Origin: Candidatus Thorarchaeota archaeon | GTDB lineage: Archaea; Asgardarchaeota; Heimdallarchaeia; Hodarchaeales; Hodarchaeaceae | Assembly: GCA_048882505.1 (NCBI GenBank) | Contig: JBHLRO010000006.1 | Coordinates: 60,001-92,000, forward strand | Reading direction: 5' to 3' | Length of the DNA stretch: 32,000 nt | Part shown: positions 18,299 through 26,864 of the stretch, piece by piece | Layout: the number at the start of each line of letters is the position of its first letter | How positions within the stretch are numbered: position 1 is the first letter of the stretch | Position numbers and translations under genes: made by a program | The notes under the pieces: model-generated | The model's database searches: none | What the model was told of the DNA's origin: nothing | Seen by the model: the letters and a program-made list of their open reading frames with translations, nothing else

Positions 18299-18751
18299 AT
18301 GTTGGATTCAAAGGACACTGAAATTCTCAAACTTTTGAAAAAAAACTCAAAAATACCTGCAAAAGAGATTTCAGATAAGGTTGAAGTCTCAATCCCCACG
18401 GTTTATTCACGAATCAAGAAAATGCAGGATAATCAAGTCATAAAGAATTTTACAATCGGGATTGATCATAAGAAGCTAGGAAAAAAGATTTGCGGCCTTT
18501 TGGGTTTAAATGTTCCATCTGCAAAAACGCATAAATTGGCATCCCAGTTCAAGGACTTAAAAGAAGTTTATGAAGTCTATATTACAAACGGCCCAAGTAA
18601 TATGATGCTAAAGATCCGAGTTAAAGATCTTGATGAGTTAAGAGAATTCGTAAGTGAGATTAGTAGAAATGGCGATATTCAAGGATATCACGTTTATATT
18701 GTCATGGATACCATCCTTGATGAGTTTACGAGTTCCTTTAAAGGTGTTTAG
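18299..18751 (+). CDS. Lrp/AsnC family transcriptional regulator
   Basis: LDSKD.EIL.LL..NSK....EIS..V.VS..TV..RIKKM....VIK.FT..ID..KLG plus C-terminal RAM domain (VY..NGP.NMMLKI). Confidence 0.93.
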   Translation: MLDSKDTEILKLLKKNSKIPAKEISDKVEVSIPTVYSRIKKMQDNQVIKNFTIGIDHKKLGKKICGLLGLNVPSAKTHKLASQFKDLKEVYEVYITNGPSNMMLKIRVKDLDELREFVSEISRNGDIQGYHVYIVMDTILDEFTSSFKGV

Positions 18752-19750
18752 ATGATGAGGGACGTTTTTGCTTGCCTTACTTTCGATTTGGAAAGAGACG
18801 TCAGTCGTATGCCCCCCACGTACAAAGGCATAGATGAAGCTCTTCCACTTCTTTTGGATATTTTCAAAGAACACCGGATAAAGGTAACGGGTAATCTCGC
18901 CACTAAGATCATTGAAGAAAGAGGCGATATTCTGAAAGAATTCTTTGCACAAGGTCATGAAATTTGCAACCATGGATATATGCACCGCTTATACAAACAA
19001 GCCATTCGCTTACCGCTGTTGGAATACGAAAAAATCCTGTTTAAACAAATAGGCAGTCAAATAGATCTTCAAATCTTTTCAGGCTTTGATCCTATACCGT
19101 TTACGGATAAAGCTGAAGTCTTCAACATGATCGATGTCAGTACCGACCTAATTACAGATTTTTTTGGAAAGCGGCCGAATTCTTTTAAAATGCCTTTTCA
19201 TTCGTTGGACTGGGATATACTGAGCTATCTGGACTCTAAAGACTATCTCGTTGATACTTCCATCCCCTATTGGAAATATTGGGATTGGAAACCTCCTCAT
19301 CATCCAACTTTCCATGAAATTGTGGACCAGGACGAATCCTTCAAGATTAGCGATAATGATAGAATGCCCTTAAAGCTCCTCGAAATCCCTGCAAGTTTCG
19401 ATCCGTCTCCAGATATCTTGGATAGCATGGAAGTAATCCATAGAACTCTGTCCATGCTTACAAGTAGAACATTGGGTATGAAAAGGGTTGAAAACCTTCT
19501 TGATCGGATAATAGAGAGAACTCCAGAATCTAATCCTGTGATTTTAGTATTTAAATGCTCTATATGGGAATTCACTGAACTAGGCCCTCTGGGTCCTATT
19601 GAACTTGAACAAAATTTTGGTTCAGCAGCTATTCGACTGTTAGAGGATTTATTTACCCTTTTAGAAGATACTCATAAAGCAAAATACGTTACATTGACAG
19701 AATTAAGGGAATTTTGGGAAAGGAATCATTGTCCAGATCATACTTCCTAG
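18752..19750 (+). CDS. polysaccharide deacetylase (NodB/CE4-like) family protein
   Basis: LTFDLE, HEI.NHGY.H metal motif, SFKMPF (usually GFRAP), YL.DTS; own AGGTG RBS inside the Lrp 3' end. Confidence 0.8.
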   Translation: MMRDVFACLTFDLERDVSRMPPTYKGIDEALPLLLDIFKEHRIKVTGNLATKIIEERGDILKEFFAQGHEICNHGYMHRLYKQAIRLPLLEYEKILFKQIGSQIDLQIFSGFDPIPFTDKAEVFNMIDVSTDLITDFFGKRPNSFKMPFHSLDWDILSYLDSKDYLVDTSIPYWKYWDWKPPHHPTFHEIVDQDESFKISDNDRMPLKLLEIPASFDPSPDILDSMEVIHRTLSMLTSRTLGMKRVENLLDRIIERTPESNPVILVFKCSIWEFTELGPLGPIELEQNFGSAAIRLLEDLFTLLEDTHKAKYVTLTELREFWERNHCPDHTS

Positions 19751-19879
19751 TGTTATTTCTGTTCCGAAGCTTTTACCTAACAATCATTGGTTTCACCGGT
19801 CCGACTCACGCTGTGAGGATTCTTGTTTTTGAAACCAAGAAACCGATGGATGATGGAACGGGAAGAGGGGCAAGTACAA

Positions 19880-20866
19880 CTATTCTATGAGCAAATTTCC
19901 GTTCCTTATGATGGGATCCCCATCAAGCGATATAGTTGGGTTTCTAGTCGACGAATCAATATGTGTGTTACTCTGGATAGTTCCCCCGAAATGTGTGTTT
20001 CCCCCGAATCCAATATGTCCTGAACCTGCAACTCTTTCATCTTCTATCAAATCTCCGATGTAGGTAGCTTTCGAGTTTGTCCCACACCCTACTTCACAAA
20101 TCCAATAAGAGTTTTCATCACCTGCAGATAGAATCTTACGAAATTGTTCCGCCTGTTCTGAGTCTCCTAGGATTTTTCCGATCCCATCGGTAACTTCGAC
20201 AGTTATTGGTGGATCTATCAATCCCATGGATTGAATGCTCCCGTTGATTACCCATTTACCCTCTGCACAACCTTTTTGGAGAGGCACTGCGACTACCCCT
20301 GAAGGAAGGGACGTAAGTACCCCTTTCTCCTTGCACAGACCATCAAAATACATTGCCTTCATCCCTTTCAGGGAGAAATGGATATCTGTACCTGCAGAAC
20401 TCCTTACATCTGCTTCTTTCGCCTCAGAAAATCTTTTTGCCACTTCTCTGGTGATCTTAGACAGCCTGTCGTAATCAAGATCAAAGCAGCGTCGGATCAT
20501 GCTTATATCGGCTCTACTCATCGAGAGGATTCTCGCGCCCTCATCCATTGCTTTTTTACGGGAGGAATGGGGAAAGAGCTTGGAATTACAAATAACAATG
20601 AGATCGGAATGATTCATGAATTCTTGCAGGGCATCCGGAAGCATTTTCTCAGCTAAGAGGTCAGCGTGAGGCATAAACAAGATGGTTTTGCCTCCCAAAC
20701 TTTCCGCTGCTTTTACAACAGACAATGGGATCTCTTCATTCTGTGAAAGATCCGAAATCACTAGTACGGACTCGCTTGGTTGAAGATTTGCACACTGTTT
20801 AAGATTTGACCTAATTATACCTTCTATTGACTTCATCTTTCTATAATCCAAACTAAATAGGTACAA
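19880..20866 (-). CDS. M29-like leucyl aminopeptidase (AmpS/AmpT, COG2309) family protein
   Basis: E.VL.ISD, S.AGTD..FS, .EVG.GTN, IEDER..G..HIGFG.N..FGG...SNTH.D, P.I..DG.....NG. Alternative ATG start at 20836. Confidence 0.85.
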   Translation of the reverse strand: MYLFSLDYRKMKSIEGIIRSNLKQCANLQPSESVLVISDLSQNEEIPLSVVKAAESLGGKTILFMPHADLLAEKMLPDALQEFMNHSDLIVICNSKLFPHSSRKKAMDEGARILSMSRADISMIRRCFDLDYDRLSKITREVAKRFSEAKEADVRSSAGTDIHFSLKGMKAMYFDGLCKEKGVLTSLPSGVVAVPLQKGCAEGKWVINGSIQSMGLIDPPITVEVTDGIGKILGDSEQAEQFRKILSAGDENSYWICEVGCGTNSKATYIGDLIEDERVAGSGHIGFGGNTHFGGTIQSNTHIDSSTRNPTISLDGDPIIRNGNLLIE

Positions 20867-22277
20867 TAAGAGAATCGATAAATTCCCCTAGATCTTCAAG
20901 CTCTTCAAGGCGATTGACCTGCTCCCAGATCCTTTCGATGGATGGTGGTTCTAGGAATCCGTGTGTTAGACCGATAATTTTATTCTTCAAATCCTCATCA
21001 GACAATGGCGTATTAGGATCGCCTTTGGGGGATAGAACTGTGGATTCAACGGATCTACCATCTTGTAGCTTGACTTTTACAGTCGATGGCCATGGTCCTT
21101 GTTGAAGATTTCTTGTCATAAAGATTCTTTCAAACTCCTCATCCAGTTCTATTTTAGTGTGTTTGAGTAAATTGATAAATTTAGGATTTTGGACTTTTTC
21201 ATGCCATTTGATGGGAAGATCGTGTTTGCCATCAACCAGAACCGAGACTACCTGGTATGGGTGGCTGAAAATCGCGTTAACATGTGAATGAAAAGAAAAA
21301 GTGGCCCGTCTGGCTGAATCGGAGTTTAATCGGATTATAACCTCCTCTATTTCATCTGGATGAACCCGCTCAACTTGAACCAGATTCAATGCTGCTTCAA
21401 TAGAAGCATGAAGAAACTTACATGCGGGCCAGGGTTTAAAATACCCCTCCTCTATTTTAAATCCTTTTGGGGTTCCTAATTTGTCCAAAAGCCCATTCCA
21501 GTTAACATCGCCAACAATTGACCTTCCTACGGCGGTTTTCCCTTCAAGAATATCTCTAGAGCCCAAAATACCATTTTTTGCCAAGAACGCGGATTGAACG
21601 GCCCTTCTTGATTCCTGCCCACATACCATGTCTTTTTCATGTCCCCCACTAATTGTATATTGGGCGCTTACTATTTGGGCTGAAGCAGCTAAACCCATTG
21701 CTCCAGCTATTTGTTCTTTAGTAAGGCCAAGAAGTTTGCCAGCGGGAATAACTCCCGCAAGCGGGGAAAGAACTACAAAGAACGGACTTCGCTTCGTAAC
21801 CGTCAGTTCCGCAGACCGAAACAGGACATAAGCTAATCGAATATAGGCTTCATACCCAAGAGCTACTGCGGTCAGAAATTCTTTTCCGTTGGCCTGAACA
21901 TTTTCAGCGACTGCCAGAGCTGTAGGAACCACACGATCATTGATATGTCCACCCATGAAATGTCCATCGCTAGCATCCAAAAAATTCGAGAATACACTGT
22001 TGGCAAACGCAGCATCTTCACAGGTGGTTTTAAAACCAGTACCAAGAACTGTCGCTTCTTGATGACCAGCCTTTGTTCGAATATATGCTAAAAGATTTCT
22101 TATAAGAGAATGTTGAGTTCCATAACCTGCTAGTGCAATTCCTGCAAAATCAAAGATAACCTCTTTGGTTCTTTTGATGACTGAAGCAGGTAAGTCTTCA
22201 AAATCTGTGTTAATAACAAACTCCGCAAATTTTTCAGCAATAAAGCTGCTAGATTTTTCAGGTTCTGCAAGGACCAT
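20853..22277 (-). CDS. MmgE/PrpD family protein (2-methylcitrate dehydratase/iminodisuccinate epimerase fold)
   Basis: A.F......DLP..V, AA..N......D..DGH...H....V.P.ALA.AE, F..A..LGYE, A..LA..G..G...ILEG, YFKPWPAC...H, S..F, PKGDP..P. ATG 22277 follows AGGAG. Confidence 0.92.
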   Translation of the reverse strand: MVLAEPEKSSSFIAEKFAEFVINTDFEDLPASVIKRTKEVIFDFAGIALAGYGTQHSLIRNLLAYIRTKAGHQEATVLGTGFKTTCEDAAFANSVFSNFLDASDGHFMGGHINDRVVPTALAVAENVQANGKEFLTAVALGYEAYIRLAYVLFRSAELTVTKRSPFFVVLSPLAGVIPAGKLLGLTKEQIAGAMGLAASAQIVSAQYTISGGHEKDMVCGQESRRAVQSAFLAKNGILGSRDILEGKTAVGRSIVGDVNWNGLLDKLGTPKGFKIEEGYFKPWPACKFLHASIEAALNLVQVERVHPDEIEEVIIRLNSDSARRATFSFHSHVNAIFSHPYQVVSVLVDGKHDLPIKWHEKVQNPKFINLLKHTKIELDEEFERIFMTRNLQQGPWPSTVKVKLQDGRSVESTVLSPKGDPNTPLSDEDLKNKIIGLTHGFLEPPSIERIWEQVNRLEELEDLGEFIDSLIVPI

Positions 22278-22303
22278 TATATCCAACTCCTAAAGAGCTA
22301 TGT

Positions 22304-23317
22304 TTAGTCATAGACAATTCGAGGATCCAACCACCCATAGATAATGTCTACGATTAGGTTAACAAACGCAAAGATCAGAGCGTACCAGAGAATCACAGCC
22401 TGAATGACAGGATAGTCTCTGGATTGGATTGAATCTATCATATATTGCCCTAGGCCATTATATTCAAACACTTTCTCAACGATGATGGAACCACCCAACA
22501 TGGCACCAAAAGCAACTCCAGCTACTGTAATTACGGGTATCATGGCATTCTTTAGAGAATGATGAATGACGACCCTAGACCGAGGTGCGCCTTTTGCCTT
22601 AGCCGTTCTTATGTAATCACTGTTTAAAACCTCAAGCATGGAAGAACGGGTCTGCCGTGCAAGAACAGCCATTAGAAAGGCTGATAGAGTGATGGCGGGC
22701 ATTATTATGTGTTGGATCGAATTTGAAAGTTCATCAAAGAATTCTGAGAATGTTGAGCCTGGGGGAAAGAATAAACCTGGAATGAGAGAAAGAATTCGAT
22801 CATAGTCCCCTGTACCAACAACAGGAAGAAGATCGAACACGACTCCAAATATCCACATCATCATCAAACCTAGCCAAAAAGCTGGTGCAGAAACTCCAAC
22901 CATTGCTGCAATCATGGCTACATTGTCAGTTTTGGAATAAGGTTTTACACTAGATATCGTCCCTGCTAATCCTCCAATGATCAGAGCAATCAAAGTGGCT
23001 GAACTGGCTAGAACTACTGTGTTGGTAAACCGTGGTATTATTTCTTCGAGAACAGGTTGGCCAGTTCGAATTGAAGACCCAAAGTCACCTCTCAGAATGT
23101 TTATCATGAACGTTAGGTACTGTTCAAGAAAAGGCTTGTTTAAACCCCATCTCTCACGAAGAATTTCAACTTGTTCAAATGGTGCGTCCTCAGGAACGAG
23201 CAAGAGCGCAGGATCACCAGGAATCATGCGAACCAACATAAAAACTACGAAAGAGACAACAAAAAGGACTGGAATGACTAGAAAGATCCTTCGAATTAAG
23301 AAAGAGGTAAAAGGCAG
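22304..23317 (-). CDS. dppB: peptide/nickel ABC transporter permease DppB/OppB
   Basis: FLIRR, PGDPA, GL.KP...QY, GDFGSS, RSSMLEVL..DYIRTAKAKG (EAA motif), H.L.NAMIP, IVEKVF...GLG. Probable CTG start at 23317. Confidence 0.93.
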   Translation of the reverse strand: MPFTSFLIRRIFLVIPVLFVVSFVVFMLVRMIPGDPALLLVPEDAPFEQVEILRERWGLNKPFLEQYLTFMINILRGDFGSSIRTGQPVLEEIIPRFTNTVVLASSATLIALIIGGLAGTISSVKPYSKTDNVAMIAAMVGVSAPAFWLGLMMMWIFGVVFDLLPVVGTGDYDRILSLIPGLFFPPGSTFSEFFDELSNSIQHIIMPAITLSAFLMAVLARQTRSSMLEVLNSDYIRTAKAKGAPRSRVVIHHSLKNAMIPVITVAGVAFGAMLGGSIIVEKVFEYNGLGQYMIDSIQSRDYPVIQAVILWYALIFAFVNLIVDIIYGWLDPRIVYD

Positions 23318-23324
23318 GGTTAAA

Positions 23325-23329
23325 TCACC
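23325..23329 (-). promoter_or_regulatory. GGTGA Shine-Dalgarno motif 7 nt upstream of the proposed CTG start of dppB
   Basis: Minus strand ATGGTGATTTAACC-CTG-CCT-TTT-ACC, just after the dppC stop. Confidence 0.55.
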
Positions 23330-23336
23330 ATCGTGT

Positions 23337-24260
23337 TTAATCAGCCACCATACGAGGATCAAGAGCGTCTCTAAGACCATCTCCAACCAAGTTGAATGCC
23401 AAAACTGTCAATATGATGGCAAGGCCCGGGAACAACGATAGATGGATTTTCCCAGTCAAAAGGTAAAGGCGTCCTTGGTTCAACATGACACCCCATTCTG
23501 GAGTGGGTGGTTGTGCTCCAAGGCCCAAAAAACCTAATGCCGCCGCGGATAGAATTGCACTGGCAAAATTGAGGGTAGATTGAACAATAAGGGGCCCTGC
23601 AGCATTAGGTAGGATGTGCCAAGCTAGAATCCTCCAATCTCGGGCACCCACCATTCGTGCTGCTTCGACATAATCGTTTTGTTTGATTGATATAACTTGA
23701 CCGCGGGTTAATCTTGCATAAATAGGGATAAGTGCCATACCAACGGCAACCATTGCATTTTGTAAAGTAGGTCCCAAAATTGCGATTATCATCAGTGCCA
23801 AGAGAAAAGCAGGGAATGCCATCATCACGTCGATTAATCGCATAAAGATATGATCGATCCATTTGCCATAATAACCACAAAGTGCGCCAATTATTGTGCC
23901 GATGACCAAGGCGATCGAAACAGAGACTAATCCTATTGTTATTGAAATCCGGCACCCAAGCATAATCCTGCTAAGCAAGTCTCTTCCAAGATCGTCAAGC
24001 CCTAGGAGATGTTGTGGTGACGGGGATTCACCTATTCGATCCAGACGTTCCGATGTAGGGAGGTGTCCATAGGGATCATAAGGTACCAATAGCGGATTTC
24101 CCCATGGATCCACGGCAAAGATTGCGATAAGAAGAATTATTAGGAGAACTATAAGCCCAAATACCGCACGCTTATTTTTCTTAAACTTATACAAAGTTTG
24201 GGGAAGTCTCGAAACCTTTGTCGTTTTGTCCATTACCTTTGCTGATGTTCCCATTTTCAT
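23337..24260 (-). CDS. dppC: peptide/nickel ABC transporter permease DppC/OppC
   Basis: F.KNK.A..GL, HLLGLD.LGRDLLSRI..G.RIS, YVEAAR..GA....I...HILPN, LGFLGLG.QPP.PEWG, GDGLRDALDP. Confidence 0.95.
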   Translation of the reverse strand: MKMGTSAKVMDKTTKVSRLPQTLYKFKKNKRAVFGLIVLLIILLIAIFAVDPWGNPLLVPYDPYGHLPTSERLDRIGESPSPQHLLGLDDLGRDLLSRIMLGCRISITIGLVSVSIALVIGTIIGALCGYYGKWIDHIFMRLIDVMMAFPAFLLALMIIAILGPTLQNAMVAVGMALIPIYARLTRGQVISIKQNDYVEAARMVGARDWRILAWHILPNAAGPLIVQSTLNFASAILSAAALGFLGLGAQPPTPEWGVMLNQGRLYLLTGKIHLSLFPGLAIILTVLAFNLVGDGLRDALDPRMVAD

Positions 24261-24314
24261 GGACCTCGAAGGTTTAATACATCATTTCACTCAAAGAGTG
24301 CTATTATAATGGAA

Positions 24315-25289
24315 TTAGTTTTGATCCAATGCCCAACAGGCGGCGTAATGTTCATTTCCAAGATCTAGGTAGGGGGGTTCTTGTTCACTGCATTTCGGAA
24401 ATGCTAGCCAGCATCGGGGGTGAAATCTACATCCTGAAGGGGGATTTGCAGGGCTAGGGACATCTCCTTGGAGAATAATCCTTTTCCTCTTAGAATCAAG
24501 AGTCGGTTCAAGAATCGCTGACATCAGTGCCTTTGTATACGGATGTGCTGGATTTTGGAAAATATCGTCTGTTGGGCCATTTTCGACAATTTTTCCTACA
24601 TACATAACCGCAGTACGATCGGACATATATTCAATAATTGATAAATCGTGAGATATGAATAAATAGGAAAGGTTAAAGTCTTTTAAAAGATCCTTAAATA
24701 GATTAAGAACCTGAGACTGGACTGATACATCCAGGGCTGACGTGGGTTCATCTAAAACTATTAAACTGGGATTTAATGCCAAAGCGCGCGCCACGCAGAT
24801 CCGCTGACGCTGGCCTCCAGAAAATTCGTGAGGATGTCTATCCAGATGCTCCTCCTTAAGACCCACCTTGCTTAGAAGCTCTAGTACCCTATCCCTGATC
24901 TCTTGTCTTGGATAGATCCTATTAATGATAAGTGGTTCCCCGACTATTCTTTTTATGGTCATTCGGGGGTTTAATGAAGAGAATGGATCCTGAAATACCA
25001 TCATCATCTGCCTTCTCTGCTTTCGTAATCTTCCTCTATCCATCTGAGTGAGGTTTTTTCCATCAAATCTAATCTCCCCCGATGTGGGTTTCTCTAGCAT
25101 CAAAACCACCCTTCCAACAGTGGTTTTCCCACACCCAGACTCCCCCACTAGGCCCAAAACTTCCCCCTTCCGGATTTGAAAGCTGATATCATCAACCGCC
25201 CTTACCCATCCAACTGTCTTTCTTAATACTCCAGCCCGGATGGGAAAGTACATTTTGAGGTTTTTAACCTCTAATAAAGTCTTTTGCGT
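24315..25289 (-). CDS. dppF: peptide ABC transporter ATP-binding protein DppF/OppF
   Basis: GESGCGKTT, FQDP.SSLNPR, PHEFSGGQRQRI, DEPTSALD, oligo_HPY tail (HPYT, GCRFHPRC). Conserved LLEVKNLK lies upstream of track ATG 25253; proposed ACG start at 25289. Confidence 0.95.
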   Translation of the reverse strand, partial: TQKTLLEVKNLKMYFPIRAGVLRKTVGWVRAVDDISFQIRKGEVLGLVGESGCGKTTVGRVVLMLEKPTSGEIRFDGKNLTQMDRGRLRKQRRQMMMVFQDPFSSLNPRMTIKRIVGEPLIINRIYPRQEIRDRVLELLSKVGLKEEHLDRHPHEFSGGQRQRICVARALALNPSLIVLDEPTSALDVSVQSQVLNLFKDLLKDFNLSYLFISHDLSIIEYMSDRTAVMYVGKIVENGPTDDIFQNPAHPYTKALMSAILEPTLDSKRKRIILQGDVPSPANPPSGCRFHPRCWLAFPKCSEQEPPYLDLGNEHYAACWALDQN

Positions 25290-25295
25290 GGTGAA

Positions 25296-25300
25296 TCACC
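25296..25300 (-). promoter_or_regulatory. GGTGA Shine-Dalgarno motif 6 nt upstream of the proposed ACG start of dppF
   Basis: Minus strand GAAGGTGATTCACC-ACG-CAA-AAG-ACT-TTA-TTA-GAG. Confidence 0.6.
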
Positions 25301-25349
25301 TTCTTCTGCTTCATGTAACCTGTAGCCCGATCTTGTTGAGAGAAATTTG

Positions 25350-26396
25350 TCATGCATATGAATTACAAGCTACAAAGTGTTCTTTATCGACTTCAATGAG
25401 TGTAGGTTTATTTTTTAAACAAACATTCCTTACTTGATCACAACGGGGATGAAATCTGCAGCCAAAAGGTGGATTTATTAAATCAGGGACAGTTCCTTTG
25501 ATAGTGTTCAGTCTCCTCCCTCTACTTTCCCCTAGACGAGGAATGCATTTCATTAAACCGGAGGTATATGGATGAGTTGGATTGTTAAAAAGGGAACGAA
25601 TGTCTGTGTATTCCACAACATTTCCCGCGTACATGACGGCGACCTGTTCGCACATTTCCGCAATCAATCCCAGGTGATGCGAAATTAGCAAGAGTGAAAT
25701 ACCAAATTCTTTTCGTATTCTTTTGATTAACGCTAAAATCTGCGCCTGAATGGTGACATCAAGGGCTGTAGTGGGCTCATCCGCGATAAGAAGCTGTGGA
25801 TTGCAAGCTAAGGCCATTGCAATCATAATTCGTTGTCGCATCCCTCCACTTAATTGGTGTGGATACCTGGTTGCGACCTTCTCGGGTTCTGGTATCCCTG
25901 TTAGATCAATGAGTTCAAGAGCACGTTCAGTTGCCTTCTGTTCAAGATCCCTATTTTCCAATTTGGATACGTCTTCTCTTTTGTTTGATTGTGAGAGTTC
26001 AAAGCCATACGTTTCTGGGTGAAGCAAGATAGCTTCAACAATTTGATTGACAATAGGAATAACTGGATTTAAAGATGTCATAGGCTCTTGAAAGATCATA
26101 GAAATGCTCTTCCCTCTAATTTCCTTTTGCATGTATTTCTCACTCTTTTGCAGGAGGTTAACACCATTGAACCAGATTTCTCCTTGAACAATACGTCCTG
26201 GTGGTTGAGGAATCAACCGCATTATAGACAATGCTGTCACGCTCTTTCCGCAACCTGTTTCTCCTACAAGACCTAGAGATCCATTTCTACCTTTTATCTC
26301 AAGGTTAATGGCATCTATGGCTTTTACGTTACCTGAGTATGTAGAAAAATGAGTAGAGAGGTTTTTTACTCTTAAGAAGGGTTCTAATTCAGTCAT
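25350..26396 (-). CDS. dppD: peptide ABC transporter ATP-binding protein DppD/OppD
   Basis: GETGCGKS, IFQEPMTSLNP, YPHQLSGGMRQR, ADEPTTALDVTIQAQIL, HPYT, GCRFHPRC. Confidence 0.95.
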   Translation of the reverse strand: MTELEPFLRVKNLSTHFSTYSGNVKAIDAINLEIKGRNGSLGLVGETGCGKSVTALSIMRLIPQPPGRIVQGEIWFNGVNLLQKSEKYMQKEIRGKSISMIFQEPMTSLNPVIPIVNQIVEAILLHPETYGFELSQSNKREDVSKLENRDLEQKATERALELIDLTGIPEPEKVATRYPHQLSGGMRQRIMIAMALACNPQLLIADEPTTALDVTIQAQILALIKRIRKEFGISLLLISHHLGLIAEMCEQVAVMYAGNVVEYTDIRSLFNNPTHPYTSGLMKCIPRLGESRGRRLNTIKGTVPDLINPPFGCRFHPRCDQVRNVCLKNKPTLIEVDKEHFVACNSYA

Positions 26397-26778
26397 TGAT
26401 GTTTAACCACGGTTTTAAATTTTGAACAATCACAAAAAGCCCGACTTCGGTTGGAACATTCAGATATTGTTTCAGCATAAGGATAATGCTCCTTATTTAT
26501 CATGAGGGGGGTTTCCAACTGAAATTTACGTGAATCAATTAAAATTCGATTTGTTATTCCAGCTCTGGTTTACATATCTTTGTGTAATTATAGTTAATAG
26601 AAATAATCTCCGAAATCCACTTTTACTGGCAAGTTTATTGTTCCTATACCGCTAGGGGCATTAAAGTTGGACTAATTGGGACCTTGTTCTTTAACCCTGT
26701 AGTTATGACTAATTTGTACCTCACTAATCAATCGAAGCCACATCGAAATCTTACAAACCCGTTAAGAAGCCAATTTAG

Positions 26779-26812
26779 AAAAAATTGTTGTCCCCTTTGA
26801 ATCGGGGACAAC
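26779..26812 (-). terminator. hairpin plus T-tract downstream of the binding-protein gene (terminator or mRNA-stabilising stem)
   Basis: Perfect 9-bp inverted repeat GTTGTCCCC (26787-26795) / GGGGACAAC (26804-26812), 8-nt loop, followed on the minus strand by AATTTTTT; about 50 nt after the stop at 26865. Confidence 0.6.
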
Positions 26813-26864
26813 GAACAACTAAGGTGGAGAATTCACCAAGGGATAACCAAGAAACCTTATGACT

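Noticed and set aside
18740-18760. Lrp TAG is immediately followed in frame by the deacetylase ATG, suggesting an amber-readthrough fusion
   Set aside because: The deacetylase has its own AGGTG RBS 5 nt before ATG, and both proteins are complete stand-alone family members.
26434-26454. CCGAC-TTCG-GTTGG tetraloop hairpin next to an A/T tract upstream of dppD
   Set aside because: The stem forms only on the plus strand (G-U pair), opposite to the direction of the flanking genes; too short to support an ncRNA or terminator call.
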